DNA from: an uncultured Candidatus Rokubacteria bacterium
Lineage (GTDB): Bacteria; Methylomirabilota; Methylomirabilia; Rokubacteriales; CSP1-6
Assembly: GCA_963754315.1 (NCBI GenBank)
Contig: CAVWFS010000010.1
Span: 78,527 to 142,526, forward strand
Length of the DNA: 64,000 nt
Direction: 5' to 3'
Numbering within the stretch: position 1 is the stretch's first letter; each line of letters starts with the position of its first letter. The notes below the pieces were generated by a model. The model ran no database searches and was not told where the DNA came from. It was given only the letters and a program-made list of their open reading frames with translations. Positions 31,203-41,785 of this stretch are shown piece by piece. Position numbers and translations under genes: made by a program.

Positions 31203-32120
31203 TCAGGGGCTCGAGGGGCGATAGCGGCGCTGCACGAGCATGTTGGCGGCCGCCGTCAGGATCAAGGTCGCGCTCATCAGGATGAAGGACACCGCGGCGC
31301 CGAACGGCCAGTTGCTCTTCGCCGCAAACTGAACGTAGACGAGAGGGCCCATCATGACGAACTCGGGCCCGCCCAGGAGGACTGGGGTGGCGTAGGCGTT
31401 CATGGTGAGGATGAAGCAGAACATGGCGCCCGCCACGAATCCGGGCAGGGCCAGAGGCCAGAGAACGCGGCGAGCCATGGTGAAAGGGCCGGCCCCCAGG
31501 CTGAAGGCGGCTTCCTCGACCGCCCGGTCGATGCCTTCGATCACGCTCTGCAGGGTCAGCACCACGTAGGGGAGGTTGACGGCCAGGATGCCAACGATCA
31601 CGGCGAACTCCGTGTACATGAACCGCAGCGGCTCCGTGGTGAGGCCGATACCCTGCAAGGTGACGTTCAGGAAGCCTCGGTTCCCGAACACGGTCATCCA
31701 GCCCGCCGCCCGCACGGCGTTGCCGACGAACAGCGGTAGCACGATCAGCATGATCATGACGTTTTTGAAACGGCTGCGCGTGCGCGCCACGGTGTAGGCG
31801 AGCGGCAGGGCGAAGATCAGGCAGAGGACGGTGACGATCACGGCCACCCGCACGGTGCGGTAGAAGGCCGCGACGTAGTAGGGGTCGGTGAAGAAGAGGA
31901 CATAGTTCTGCACGGTCAGAGCTTCAACCATCAACTTGCCCGGGACGAAGGCATTGAGGCTATAGCGGAACAGGATCACGATCGGGATGAGAAGGCCGAT
32001 CGTCACGAAGATGGTGGCGGGCCCCACGAGGAGGGCGGCCGTGGAGAGCCGCCCTCCCCGCCGCTCGCGCGCGGCGAGCGACCCTAGCCGATCGGCAACT
32101 GCCCCCGACGTCAGTGCCAT
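31203..32120 (-). CDS. ABC permease, PotB-like
   Basis: EEAAFSLGA, LALPG, YATPVLLGG, NWPFGAA. Confidence 0.88.
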   Translation of the reverse strand: MALTSGAVADRLGSLAARERRGGRLSTAALLVGPATIFVTIGLLIPIVILFRYSLNAFVPGKLMVEALTVQNYVLFFTDPYYVAAFYRTVRVAVIVTVLCLIFALPLAYTVARTRSRFKNVMIMLIVLPLFVGNAVRAAGWMTVFGNRGFLNVTLQGIGLTTEPLRFMYTEFAVIVGILAVNLPYVVLTLQSVIEGIDRAVEEAAFSLGAGPFTMARRVLWPLALPGFVAGAMFCFILTMNAYATPVLLGGPEFVMMGPLVYVQFAAKSNWPFGAAVSFILMSATLILTAAANMLVQRRYRPSSP

Positions 32121-32134
32121 CCCACTGCCCTCTC

Positions 32135-33205
32135 CTAGGCGCCCTTGAACTCCTTGTCCCAGAAATCCTTCAACTCGGCGGCCCGCGTGGCCAGGAACTC
32201 GAGGTCGGGATTGACGAGAAGCTTCTCCTCTTCCGCCGTGAAGCCGATGCGTTTCTTCAGATCGGGAGGAACCGTCGCGTTCCCGACGACAGGGTTGTAG
32301 CCCATGTCGACGGCAAAGCCCTCCTGGGCAGACGGCTCCAGGGCGGCATCGAGGAACGCATAGGCGCCCTCTCGATTCGGCGCATTCTTGGGAACGGTGA
32401 ACCCTGACACATAGGCAATCAGGCCTTCCTTCGGGGCGACGGTCACGATGTTGGCGCCGGCGTTCTGCCATTGCACCGCCCGCGCCTTCCACATGATGCA
32501 GAGCCCCACTTCCTCGGTCTGCAGCGCCTGGGCGAGCGCCTCGTTGCTCGGATAGATCCGGGGCTTCAGCTTCTTGAGATCGAGCAGGGCCTTCTTGGCC
32601 TTCTCGAAATCGCCGGTCTTGCCGCCCGCCACCAGGGCCGCCGCCATGGTCGTGTACACGTGCTGGATGTCGACGATCCCAACCTTGCCCTGGTTCCGGG
32701 AATCCCACAGAGAGTCCATGCCCTTCGGGGCGTCCTTGATCAGCTTCGGATTGTAGAGGACGACCTTGCCACTGTAGATATGCGGCGAGAAGTACGGCGA
32801 GTCGGCGATGCTGAACGTCTTGATCACGTTCTTGGCGTTCTTCAGCTTGGACAGATCGAGCTTTTCCAGCACGTCCGTCGAGCTCAGCTCGGCGACGTCG
32901 GTGGCGGTCAGCGCCTGGATATCCGACGTGCCTTTGGGGAGCCGCTTCTCGGCGATGGTCTTGGTCTTGCGCTGGGTGACCTGGGCTTCGTCGTTCACCA
33001 CTTCCCAGCCCTTGGGGGTCAGCACCTTGACCGTGATGTGCTTGGTCAGAAGCTTTGCGTAGTCGCCGCCCCAGGTCGACAACACGATCCGCTTGCTGCC
33101 CTGCGCGAAGGCGGGGACGGGACTCAGCGCCTGCACGCCAGCCATGGCGACGGCACCCTTGAGCACGCCGCGGCGGCTCGGAGAGGGCTTTGACAATGTG
33201 GTCAT
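32135..33205 (-). CDS. ABC substrate-binding protein, PotD/PotF-like, with a Tat signal
   Basis: SRRGVLKG, STWGGDY, PKEG, PKNAPN; RBS AAGGAGGAGG before ATG at 33205. Confidence 0.88.
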   Translation of the reverse strand: MTTLSKPSPSRRGVLKGAVAMAGVQALSPVPAFAQGSKRIVLSTWGGDYAKLLTKHITVKVLTPKGWEVVNDEAQVTQRKTKTIAEKRLPKGTSDIQALTATDVAELSSTDVLEKLDLSKLKNAKNVIKTFSIADSPYFSPHIYSGKVVLYNPKLIKDAPKGMDSLWDSRNQGKVGIVDIQHVYTTMAAALVAGGKTGDFEKAKKALLDLKKLKPRIYPSNEALAQALQTEEVGLCIMWKARAVQWQNAGANIVTVAPKEGLIAYVSGFTVPKNAPNREGAYAFLDAALEPSAQEGFAVDMGYNPVVGNATVPPDLKKRIGFTAEEEKLLVNPDLEFLATRAAELKDFWDKEFKGA

Positions 33206-34300
33206 GGTTTTCCTCCTCCTTGTTCTCGTTCGTTGTCGCGGTGGGCCGACGTCGTCGGCCAACACGGCGGCAGCGCTGGCCGGCCAGCCCACGTCGATCG
33301 TATGCCCCTCCTGGGGCAACTGGACGTCGGCGCGATTGGGCTGGCTGACCACCACACGGTCGGTCGACGACACGCGCACGTGGATGTCGATCGTTGCCCC
33401 GAGATAGGACACGAGCTCAACCTTGCCGCTCATCCTGTTCTCCAGGCCCTCCACCCCCGGCCCCAGCACCAGCCGCTCGGGGCGCAGCGCGAGCACGCCG
33501 GGGCCAGGGACGCCGTCCAGGCACTGGATGACGATGCCGCCGGCGGTGCGGAACTGCCCGGGCGCGGTCACCGTACCGGACAGAAGGTTGCTACGTCCGA
33601 CGAAGCCTGCCACGAAGCGGTCGGCCGGGCGCTCGTACAGGTCGCGCTGTGAGCCGACCTGACGCACGGAGCCTTCCGACATCACGACGAGCCGATCCGC
33701 CATGATCAACGCCTCTTCCTGATCGTGGGTCACCATGACGGTGGTGATGCCGAGCTGATGCTGCAGCTCGCGGATCTCCACCCGCACCGTTTCACGGAGC
33801 TTGGCGTCCAGGTTGGAGAGGGGCTCGTCCAGGAGCAAGACGTCCGGGCGAATGACCAGGGCGCGCGCCAGCGCCACTCGCTGCTGCTGCCCGCCCGAGA
33901 GCTGGCGCGGGAGGCGTTCGCTCAGTCCGCCCAGCCGTACCAGGCGCAGGACGTCGGCGACCCGCGAGGCGACCTCTGCGCGGGGCATCTTGCGCATCTC
34001 GAGCCCGAACGCCACATTCTGGGCAACCGTCAGGTGCGGGAAGAGCGCGTAGCTTTGGAACACCATGCCGGCATTGCGTCGCCAGGGCGCCTGGGCGGTG
34101 ACGTCCTGGCCGCCCAGGCGCACGCGGCCCGCGGTCGGCGCCACGAAGCCGGCGATCATGCGCAAGGTTGTCGTCTTTCCACAGCCGCTTGGTCCCAGCA
34201 ACACGACGAACTCGCCATCGCGCACGTCAAGCGAGACATCGTCGACGGCGATCGTCGCCCCGAAATGCTTGGATAGGCGATCGAGCTCGAGCCGCGCCAC
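33202..34300 (-). CDS. ABC ATPase, PotA-like
   Basis: [31 protein letters not shown] tail. Confidence 0.9.
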
Positions 34301-34303
34301 GCT

Positions 34304-35119
34304 TCACACCACCCGTGACAGCTTCACGAAGCGGTCCGTGATCACCATGGCCCCACCGATGAGCAAGATCTGCAGCACCGACACGGCGGCGATGGTCGGA
34401 TCGATGCGGTATTCGAGGTATTGCAGGATCGTGATGGGCAAGGTGGTCCGGCCGGGGCCAACCAGGAACATCGACATCTCGAGATTGCCGAACGACACCA
34501 CGAAGCCGAACAGCGCCGCTGCCACGATGCCCGGGCGGATGGCGGGCATGGTGATCCGAAGGAAGGCCATCAGGGGAGTCGCTCCGAGATTCTGGGCGGC
34601 CTCCTCGAGGCTGCGGTCGAAGCCAGTCAGACTGGCGCTCACCAGGCGTACGGTCCAGGGAATGACGATCAGGACGTGCCCCGCCACCAGCCCGGCCATC
34701 GAGCCAAGGATGGGCAGATCGGTGGCCATGGTGGCCTCCACGTGGAACACGTAGAGCGAGGTCCCCAGCACGATGCCCGGCACAACCAGGGGCAGCAGGA
34801 GCAGGTTCCCCAGCGGTTCTCGGCCGGGGAAACGGTAACGGGCCAGGCACAACGCCCCGGGCACGCCCAGGGCCAGACCGATGCACATGGCGGCGAGGGC
34901 CACGCGAAGGCTGAGCCAGAACCCGTCGACGAACCGCGGATTGTCGCGGATCGACATGAACCACTTGAGGCTGTACCCGCGTGGTGGAAACGAAGGGATG
35001 GCCTGCTCGAAGAAGGCGAGCCAGACGACGAACACAAGTGGAAGGAGGATAAAGGCCAGGGTGCCGCCGGAGGCGGCCGTGAGCACCCACCTCCCCAGCC
35101 TGCGGGGCGTCCGGATCAC
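34304..35119 (-). CDS. ABC permease, PotC-like
   Basis: PPRGYSLKWF, PLVVPGIVLG, LEEAAQNLGA, TLPI. Confidence 0.88.
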   Translation of the reverse strand: MIRTPRRLGRWVLTAASGGTLAFILLPLVFVVWLAFFEQAIPSFPPRGYSLKWFMSIRDNPRFVDGFWLSLRVALAAMCIGLALGVPGALCLARYRFPGREPLGNLLLLPLVVPGIVLGTSLYVFHVEATMATDLPILGSMAGLVAGHVLIVIPWTVRLVSASLTGFDRSLEEAAQNLGATPLMAFLRITMPAIRPGIVAAALFGFVVSFGNLEMSMFLVGPGRTTLPITILQYLEYRIDPTIAAVSVLQILLIGGAMVITDRFVKLSRVV

Positions 35120-35940
35120 CCCCACAGCTCCGAGACCGTGGCAACTCGGCGGCCCCACCACTCGGGTCCCTCGCGCACGTAACTCCACTCCGGGTTCTGC
35201 TCGCGATCGCGGAGCCCGCTCATGACTGTGCGAAAGACGGGCGCGTGGGCATCGGCGAACTCGAAGTAGCCGATGAAATCGTAACCGTTGCCGAGACCAT
35301 AGCCGTCGGGGTGGTGCACCAGCCGACGGGTAATGCAGGGAATGCCCGCGGCCGAGGCGAGGGCATGCCCCTGCGCAACGAGCTTCCCGCGCTCGTCGTA
35401 GCGCGGCAGGAAGAAGCTCTCGCGGCGCATCCAGTCCATTGCCCACCATTCTGGGGTCTTGTTCTGCGGCGTTACCACGCCGACGGGACAGGCCGCCCCC
35501 GGCCGGGGCGGGAGCGCGTGCGCGTACGCGAACTGGGTCATGGCGTAGCTCGTGTAGCTCCGCTCCTTGCTGATGCCGGCCCGTGTATGGACGGAACCGC
35601 CGCGTCGCTCCACGAGCCCGCGCAGCTGGCGCTCATAGGCGGCGAGCGGCTCGCGCGTGCGCCCCTCCAGGCGGACGAGGATATTGGCCCCGCTCATGCC
35701 GGCATCGGGCACGTCCCATTCGGTCGCGGGGGACGCCGCCCGGAGATATTGCAGGCGACCCTGCCTCGCTGCGCGTTCGCTCGGGTGGCCGTCCACGTCG
35801 TGCATGTTCTCCAGGGGAGCTCCGATGGCCTCGAGAGAATCGATCAGCTCACGATCGGCACGCTCCCGGGGAAGGTGAACGAAGAGGAATGAGCCGTATC
35901 CACGGATCTCTGTCGTCATGTTCAGTGCCGCGGCGTCCAC
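35116..35940 (-). CDS. Chlorite dismutase-like (dimeric alpha/beta barrel) protein, divergent
   Basis: P.NK..EWW.M...RR, GH, YDF.GYFE, LR....PEW.YV pattern typical of the Cld-like C-terminal domain; RBS GAAGGAG. Confidence 0.6.
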   Translation of the reverse strand: MDAAALNMTTEIRGYGSFLFVHLPRERADRELIDSLEAIGAPLENMHDVDGHPSERAARQGRLQYLRAASPATEWDVPDAGMSGANILVRLEGRTREPLAAYERQLRGLVERRGGSVHTRAGISKERSYTSYAMTQFAYAHALPPRPGAACPVGVVTPQNKTPEWWAMDWMRRESFFLPRYDERGKLVAQGHALASAAGIPCITRRLVHHPDGYGLGNGYDFIGYFEFADAHAPVFRTVMSGLRDREQNPEWSYVREGPEWWGRRVATVSELWG

Positions 35941-36005
35941 TTGGAGCTCTCCTTCTCGTGCGCTGATCGATGCGTGTCGCTCGCTTCCGGCCCGGGCGGT
36001 TCGCC

Positions 36006-36401
36006 TTACTCGGACCGTGCCAGGACGTGGGATGCGTGGTGGTGAACCATTCGCCACCCGTCGGCGTGGCGCTCGAAGACGTTGGTAGCCAGGATGGCGG
36101 TCACGGACAACCGGCCCTGGACCTCGGACAGGATGTTCTCCGTGCAGGTCACCCAGGCAGCATCGCCGGCGACCACCACCCGCACGTCGGAGATGGTGAA
36201 GCGCATCTCCTGGGTGTTGGCAAAGATGTTCTCCCAGGAGGTGCGGACGGCCTCCCAGCCAGTGAGGAGCGGCCAGCCCGGGTGCACGCACTTGACGTGG
36301 TCGCCGTGGGCCCACACGGCGGCCATCGCGTCAGGGTCGAGGGCCTCGAAGGCGCGGTAGAAGCGCGCGTTTGTGTCGGCGACCTCGCGCTCGTCACTCA
36401 C
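36006..36401 (-). CDS. SnoaL/NTF2-like protein
   Basis: NARFY.AFE..D..AM..VW, CVHPGW, ATNVF....GW.MVHHHAS. Confidence 0.88.
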   Translation of the reverse strand: MSDEREVADTNARFYRAFEALDPDAMAAVWAHGDHVKCVHPGWPLLTGWEAVRTSWENIFANTQEMRFTISDVRVVVAGDAAWVTCTENILSEVQGRLSVTAILATNVFERHADGWRMVHHHASHVLARSE

Positions 36402-36419
36402 GGGCTCAGGCCAGTGGCC

Positions 36420-37583
36420 TCAGGCCTCCGGGAAGACCACGAGGGCCCCCGTGTAGTTGTGGAAAAAGTTTTGGCGGCCGATCGGCGCGAACTCGCCGTT
36501 TCCGAAGAATCCGACCAGCGGAAATTCGCCGAGGTGCTGACGAATCAACGTGACATCGTGGTCGGGGGCGCCGAAGAGGCCGCGCCCGCGGCCGGCGCAG
36601 TTGAAGTAGCAGCCGAAGGCTGCCCGGCGCCCGGCCAGGCGCGTCGTGAGCTCTTCGAGCATGGCGCGCAGATCCTGGTCCGCCGCCTCGGCGTCGCGAA
36701 TTTGAAACTGCACGGTCTGCCCCACGCGCACGCGCTCGCCCACGGCGAGCGCCCCGCTTGCCTGATCGGCGCCGATGAGGTTGCGCACGAGGAAGTCGCC
36801 CCGCTCGAGCGGCGATTTGGCAGGGTCCATGGCGAGCCCGGCGAATACGCCGGAGCGTCGAATGCGGTCGGCTGCGCCGGGCAGCGCGCGAATGGCGTCT
36901 TCGAGCATCTGAAGCGCCGGACGATTCCCGATGTGCTGGATGACATTGGCGTCGGCGCGCGTGATGACGAAGGGCTCGCCGATCGGCGCGCAGCCTTGCG
37001 CCACGCCGATAAGGGGCGCCAAGCCGGAGAGGGCGACGCCGACCAGCGCGCCCTGAGCGGCCTCTGTGTTGTACAGCTCGAACATCGGCGTGCCTGCCGC
37101 CACCGCTCCCAATACCGGCACGAAGCCGAGCATCTCGTGAATCTGGGCGAGCAGCGCGGGCGGATTGCACCCCATCGCATCCGGAAGCACGAGCACGCAG
37201 CCGCCTTCAGCCACGGTGGCTCCGATCTGCTGCGCCACCTCTGTCCCAAGGTCCTGGCACTCGCCCTGCCGCTCGAACAGAAAGGGGGTGGCCACGAGGC
37301 TCTCGCACCGGACTGCCAGCACGGCCACCGCCGGCGTGTCCTCGATCTCGCGATGGTCTGCCAGGATGCCTGTGCCGCTGCAGCCCACGACGGTGCGGGC
37401 GCCGGTCACCCGGCGGACGGCGTGCAAGGCCTCGTGGGCGCGCGGGTGAGTGTCGCCGGTAACGAAGACCAGTGCCAGATCGGCTCGATCCGCCCGGCTC
37501 CGCTCGAGTGCCTGTAGCGAAGCCTCGAGCGCGGCATTGTCAGCCGACCCTCCGATGGCGAGCCCTGTCCCCGCAGCGATCAC
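36420..37583 (-). CDS. FIST-N/FIST-C domain protein (NosP-like)
   Basis: VGCSG.G, VAQGC.PIG, FLVRNLIG.D, FNCAGRG, GFFGNGE. Confidence 0.88.
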   Translation of the reverse strand: MIAAGTGLAIGGSADNAALEASLQALERSRADRADLALVFVTGDTHPRAHEALHAVRRVTGARTVVGCSGTGILADHREIEDTPAVAVLAVRCESLVATPFLFERQGECQDLGTEVAQQIGATVAEGGCVLVLPDAMGCNPPALLAQIHEMLGFVPVLGAVAAGTPMFELYNTEAAQGALVGVALSGLAPLIGVAQGCAPIGEPFVITRADANVIQHIGNRPALQMLEDAIRALPGAADRIRRSGVFAGLAMDPAKSPLERGDFLVRNLIGADQASGALAVGERVRVGQTVQFQIRDAEAADQDLRAMLEELTTRLAGRRAAFGCYFNCAGRGRGLFGAPDHDVTLIRQHLGEFPLVGFFGNGEFAPIGRQNFFHNYTGALVVFPEA

Positions 37584-37717
37584 GCGGGGACTCTACCACC
37601 TTTGACCTTGATCCTTCGGGGCTACGTGCGTGTGTTACCCCTTGCGCTGGCGCGCCGGTGGTGATTCAGTACAGTCCTCGCCCGACCCCGTCCGCTCGCG
37701 AGTCGAAGAGGAACCGG

Positions 37718-38836
37718 ATGCACGATGTGCGTGTCATCGGCCTTGTGAAGACGTTCGGGAGCGTGGTCGCCGTTGACCACCTGACCTTCGAAGCGAAGGC
37801 CGGGCAATTTCTCACCTTGCTCGGCCCGAGCGGCTGCGGAAAGACCACGACCCTGCGGCTGGTGGCCGGACTCGAGCGCCCTGATCACGGCCAGGTTCTC
37901 CTGGGTGGCCGGCCCCTTTCATCGTCGGAGGATGGCATCTTCGTGCCGCCGGAACGCCGCGGCATGGGAATGGTCTTCCAGAGTTACGCGATCTGGCCCC
38001 ACATGACGGTCTTCGAGAACGTCGCCTTTCCGTTGCAGGAGCTTCGCGTGCCGCGTCGCGAGATCCGCGACCGGGTCATGGCCATTCTAGACACGGTCGG
38101 GCTGGGACGGCTGCACGCGCGTCCGGCGCCCATGCTGTCGGGGGGCCAGCAGCAACGGGTAGCGCTCGCGCGGGCCCTGGTGTCAAACCCCGAGGTGCTC
38201 CTGCTCGACGAGCCGCTGTCGAATCTGGACGCGCGCCTGCGGGAGGAGATGCGGTTCGAGCTGCGCGACATGCAGGCCCGGCTCGGTATCACCAGCATCT
38301 TCGTCACCCACGACCAGGCCGAAGCCATGACCTTGTCGGACCACATCATCGTGATGAACGCCGGCCGCATCGAGCAGGCCGGGAGCCCGGAGGAGGTCCA
38401 TCAGCGACCTCGCACGCGGTTCGTCATGGATTTCCTTGGTCGGGCCAACCAGCTACCGGCCCGGCTCACCCGCGCCGGTGACGGTTGGACGGCCGTGGTT
38501 GACGGCAACGGCTTCGGGTTGCCGGTCGGAGGCAATGCCTGGGTGGAGGGGCAGGAAGTCACCCTGGCCTTTCGGCCCGAGGGCGTCGAGGCCTGCGCGG
38601 CGGAATCCGGCGGCGCGTGGGTCGGTGTCGTGCGCTCTTCGGTCTACATCGGTGGCCATGTCGAATACGTGGTCGAGCTGGGTGGGTTTGCGCTGAGGGC
38701 GATCGGTCCGCTGGACCCGCGGTTGCCCCACGAGTCCCCCGCGCGCCTCAGCGTGTCGCCCCACGCACTGCGCGTCTGGCCCAGAGAGGACGATGGCGCC
38801 CCGCCGTCACACCGCGGCGAAAGGAGGCAGGGATGA
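37718..38836 (+). CDS. ABC ATPase (FbpC/PotA-like)
   Basis: [27 protein letters not shown]. Confidence 0.9.
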   Translation: MHDVRVIGLVKTFGSVVAVDHLTFEAKAGQFLTLLGPSGCGKTTTLRLVAGLERPDHGQVLLGGRPLSSSEDGIFVPPERRGMGMVFQSYAIWPHMTVFENVAFPLQELRVPRREIRDRVMAILDTVGLGRLHARPAPMLSGGQQQRVALARALVSNPEVLLLDEPLSNLDARLREEMRFELRDMQARLGITSIFVTHDQAEAMTLSDHIIVMNAGRIEQAGSPEEVHQRPRTRFVMDFLGRANQLPARLTRAGDGWTAVVDGNGFGLPVGGNAWVEGQEVTLAFRPEGVEACAAESGGAWVGVVRSSVYIGGHVEYVVELGGFALRAIGPLDPRLPHESPARLSVSPHALRVWPREDDGAPPSHRGERRQG

Positions 38837-39987
38837 AGAGGTGGCGAGTGCTACCGCTGGTCGTGGGAGTGTTGGTCCTCGTCGTAATTGGCTGGATCGC
38901 TCCGGACATGCTCCGGGCGCAGGGGCGCGTGCCTGCCGCGGCGCCGGCGGCGTCGGATCCGGCTGCGTCGCAGGCGAAGTTCCAGGCGGCCACGGCCGAG
39001 TGGAAGAACAAAATCGTTCCGGCCGCCAAGAAAGAGGGCGAGGTCATCTGGTACAGCTGTGCCCAGGCAACGGAGGCCGAGGGGACCATCAAGGCCTTCA
39101 ACAAGGCCTACCCCGACATTCAGGTGAGCCAGGTCCTCGGCCCCGGCTATCAGCTCGTGGAGAAGATCAGCACCGAGGCCGCGGCGGGACGACTGCAGGC
39201 CGACGTCTACCAGTGTGGTGGCCAGAGCGGGCGCACCTTGGCCTGGCGCGGCCTCGGTGAAGACTTCATCCCCCCCACCGCGCTCGATCCGAACGTGAAA
39301 TGGCGCTGGCCGGTCATCAACCCCGAGACACATCTGGCCGGTGTGTTCGCGAGCGTCAGCGGCTTCAACATCAACACCAAGCTCGTGCCGCCGGAGAAGT
39401 ACCCCAAGAGCTACTGGGACCTCGTGCGCGATCCGTACTGGGTCGACCTCATCAAGCGCAAGCGGGTGGCCTTCACGGATCCCCGCATCGCCAACATCGG
39501 TGTCTATCACACCTACGGGCTGAAGGACGTGAACGGCAAGGAGTACGGCGAGGCCTGGGTGCGCGAGTTCGCCGGGCTCAAGCCGAAGCTGCTCGGGTTC
39601 AACGAATCCGGCGAGGTGGCCCGCGGTGAGCTTCATGCCATGCTGGGCGGCCCCTGGCGCGTGGAGTACAACCTCGGCACCGTGCCCATCACGAAAATCT
39701 GTTTGGAGCCGGGCTGCGTGAGCACGCAGTCGCCGCTCTTCGCCGTGGTGAAGGGCGCGCCCCATCCCAACGCGGCCAAGGTCTTCGTCGATTTCATGCT
39801 GAGCAAGGAGTATGCGGAGTGGCGCGTGCAGTCGCTCGGCAACACCCCCGCCCGCGCCGATGTGGCGCCGCGGCCGCTGGATGACCCCGGCAAGTACAAG
39901 CTGCAGTTCGCGGCCGACGATCGGGCCGAGCGGCAGATCACCGAGGTCCTGAAGTGGGTCATCGCCAGTAAGCTCTTCGACTACTAG
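38833..39987 (+). CDS. ABC substrate-binding protein (Fe3+/thiamine/AfuA-like fold)
   Basis: Signal peptide, AAKKEGEVIWY, APHPNAAKVFVDF.LS. Confidence 0.85.
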   Translation: MKRWRVLPLVVGVLVLVVIGWIAPDMLRAQGRVPAAAPAASDPAASQAKFQAATAEWKNKIVPAAKKEGEVIWYSCAQATEAEGTIKAFNKAYPDIQVSQVLGPGYQLVEKISTEAAAGRLQADVYQCGGQSGRTLAWRGLGEDFIPPTALDPNVKWRWPVINPETHLAGVFASVSGFNINTKLVPPEKYPKSYWDLVRDPYWVDLIKRKRVAFTDPRIANIGVYHTYGLKDVNGKEYGEAWVREFAGLKPKLLGFNESGEVARGELHAMLGGPWRVEYNLGTVPITKICLEPGCVSTQSPLFAVVKGAPHPNAAKVFVDFMLSKEYAEWRVQSLGNTPARADVAPRPLDDPGKYKLQFAADDRAERQITEVLKWVIASKLFDY

Positions 39988-39989
39988 CC

Positions 39990-41744
39990 ATGGCGACGGT
40001 GGCGGAGCTGACCAGGATCGGGCTCGCGCGGCGGCCGCGGCTGCGCGCGTGGCTCGCGCTGCCCACCCTGCTGCTGATCCTGGTCGCCGTGCTCACCGTC
40101 ACACCGGTCGTGACTGCATTGCTCGCCGGGTTCAGGGACGCGCCGCCTGGCCGCCCCGGGGCCATCACCTGGGAGTCGATCAAGGCCTCGGTCGCCGTGA
40201 TGATGGATCCGGACGTGTGGCAGATCCTCTGGACCACCGTCTGGCTTTCGACGGTGCGTGCGTTACTCGCCCTGGCCCTGGCCATCGTGCTGGCCTGGAT
40301 CATCGCTCGCACCGACTGTCCGTTCCGCAACCAGCTCGAGTTTCTGCTGATCCTTTCGTTCTTCTTTCCTTTACTGGGCAAGGTGCTGGGGTGGGCCTTG
40401 CTGCTCAGTCCCCAGAAGGGGTACCTCAACCAGCTATTGCGCCAGCTGCCGTTCTTCAGCGGTGACAGCGGCCCGCTGGACGTGTTCTCGTACGGCGGCC
40501 TGATATTCGTGAGCGTCACCGGCTGGGCCACCTTGCTCACGATTTTTCTGGTGCCCGCCTTTCGCAACATGGACGCGGCGCTGGAGGAATCGGCCAGGAT
40601 GTGTGGGGCCTCTCCGCGGCGAACCGTTCAGCGGATCCTGGTGCCCCTGCTACGCCCCGCCATTCTGGCGGCCTTCATCCTGTCCCTCACCCGATTGCTG
40701 TCCTCGTTCGAGACGGAGGTGTTCCTGGGGACCAGCTCGGGCATCTACGTGCTGACCAACAAGATCTACGAGCGCATGGTCCAGATCTTTCCGCCCGACT
40801 TCCGGGCCGGTATGACCATGGCCGTCATGTTGCTGGTCATTACCTTTGCGCTCGTCCTGATCAACTGGCGGTTCCTCGGACGGCGGGATTACACGACCGT
40901 CACCGGGCGCGGCTACTCGGCACGGCCGATGACCTTGGGCCGGCTACGCTGGGTGGCCTTCGGTTTCGTGGTCCTGTTCTTCGTGATCTCGGTGGTGCTG
41001 CCGGCGGTCATGCTCATCCAGACGAGCTTCATCCGCTTCATCGGGCTCGATGTCCTCGACTCGGCCAGCTATACGCTCGACAACTGGCGCCGGATGCTGA
41101 CCCTGCGCGTGAACCGCCTGGCCCTGACCAACAGTCTGATCATGAGCACCGTGGCCACCACGTGTGGAATGCTGCTCTACTCGATCGTGTCCTATGTGGT
41201 CACGCGAAGCCGTTACAAGGGCCGACGACTCCTTGACCTGGCCGCCTGGGTGCCGTGGGCGGTGCCGTCCCTGGTTCTCGGGCTCGGCATCCTGTGGGCG
41301 GTGCTGCTCTCGCCGCTGGCCGTGCTGTACGGGACGCTCAGCGTCCTGATCCTGGCCCACATCGTGCGGGGCTTTCCCTTCGGCACCCAGATCATGGGTG
41401 CGTCCATGATCCAGATCAGCCGCGAGCTGGAAGAGGCGGCCCGCATCCATCGAGCCTCATGGCCCTCGACCTTTCGACGGATCTGGTTGCCGCTCGTGAA
41501 GAACGGCTTCGTGGCGGGCTGGGTGATCCAGTTCACCGTGTCGTTCAGTGACCTGGCCACCGTGGCCTTCCTCTATGGTTCGAAATCAACCGTGCTCCCC
41601 ACGCTCTTCCTGAGTCAATGGTCCAACGGGCGTCTGGAGGAGGCGGCCGTGGCCGCCCTCATGATGACGGGCATCGTGCTGGCGGTGGTCGTCGTCGTCC
41701 GCCGGCTTGTGCAAGGCAGCGTGCGGACGCCCACGGTGGCCTAG
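39990..41744 (+). CDS. Double-domain ABC permease (FbpB-like)
   Basis: Two EAA motifs (LEESARMCGA, LEEAARIHRAS); YTTVTGRG. Confidence 0.88.
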   Translation: MATVAELTRIGLARRPRLRAWLALPTLLLILVAVLTVTPVVTALLAGFRDAPPGRPGAITWESIKASVAVMMDPDVWQILWTTVWLSTVRALLALALAIVLAWIIARTDCPFRNQLEFLLILSFFFPLLGKVLGWALLLSPQKGYLNQLLRQLPFFSGDSGPLDVFSYGGLIFVSVTGWATLLTIFLVPAFRNMDAALEESARMCGASPRRTVQRILVPLLRPAILAAFILSLTRLLSSFETEVFLGTSSGIYVLTNKIYERMVQIFPPDFRAGMTMAVMLLVITFALVLINWRFLGRRDYTTVTGRGYSARPMTLGRLRWVAFGFVVLFFVISVVLPAVMLIQTSFIRFIGLDVLDSASYTLDNWRRMLTLRVNRLALTNSLIMSTVATTCGMLLYSIVSYVVTRSRYKGRRLLDLAAWVPWAVPSLVLGLGILWAVLLSPLAVLYGTLSVLILAHIVRGFPFGTQIMGASMIQISRELEEAARIHRASWPSTFRRIWLPLVKNGFVAGWVIQFTVSFSDLATVAFLYGSKSTVLPTLFLSQWSNGRLEEAAVAALMMTGIVLAVVVVVRRLVQGSVRTPTVA

Positions 41745-41785
41745 CCGAGATCGAGACCCTGGCGGGTTCGAAAGGAGAACGCGCG

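Noticed and set aside
32135..34300. Apparent 721-aa fusion of an ABC ATPase with a substrate-binding protein
   Set aside because: The binding protein has its own strong RBS and Tat signal, and an alternative frame ends in an ATGA overlap at 33202-33205. One indel explains it, and the fused topology is implausible.
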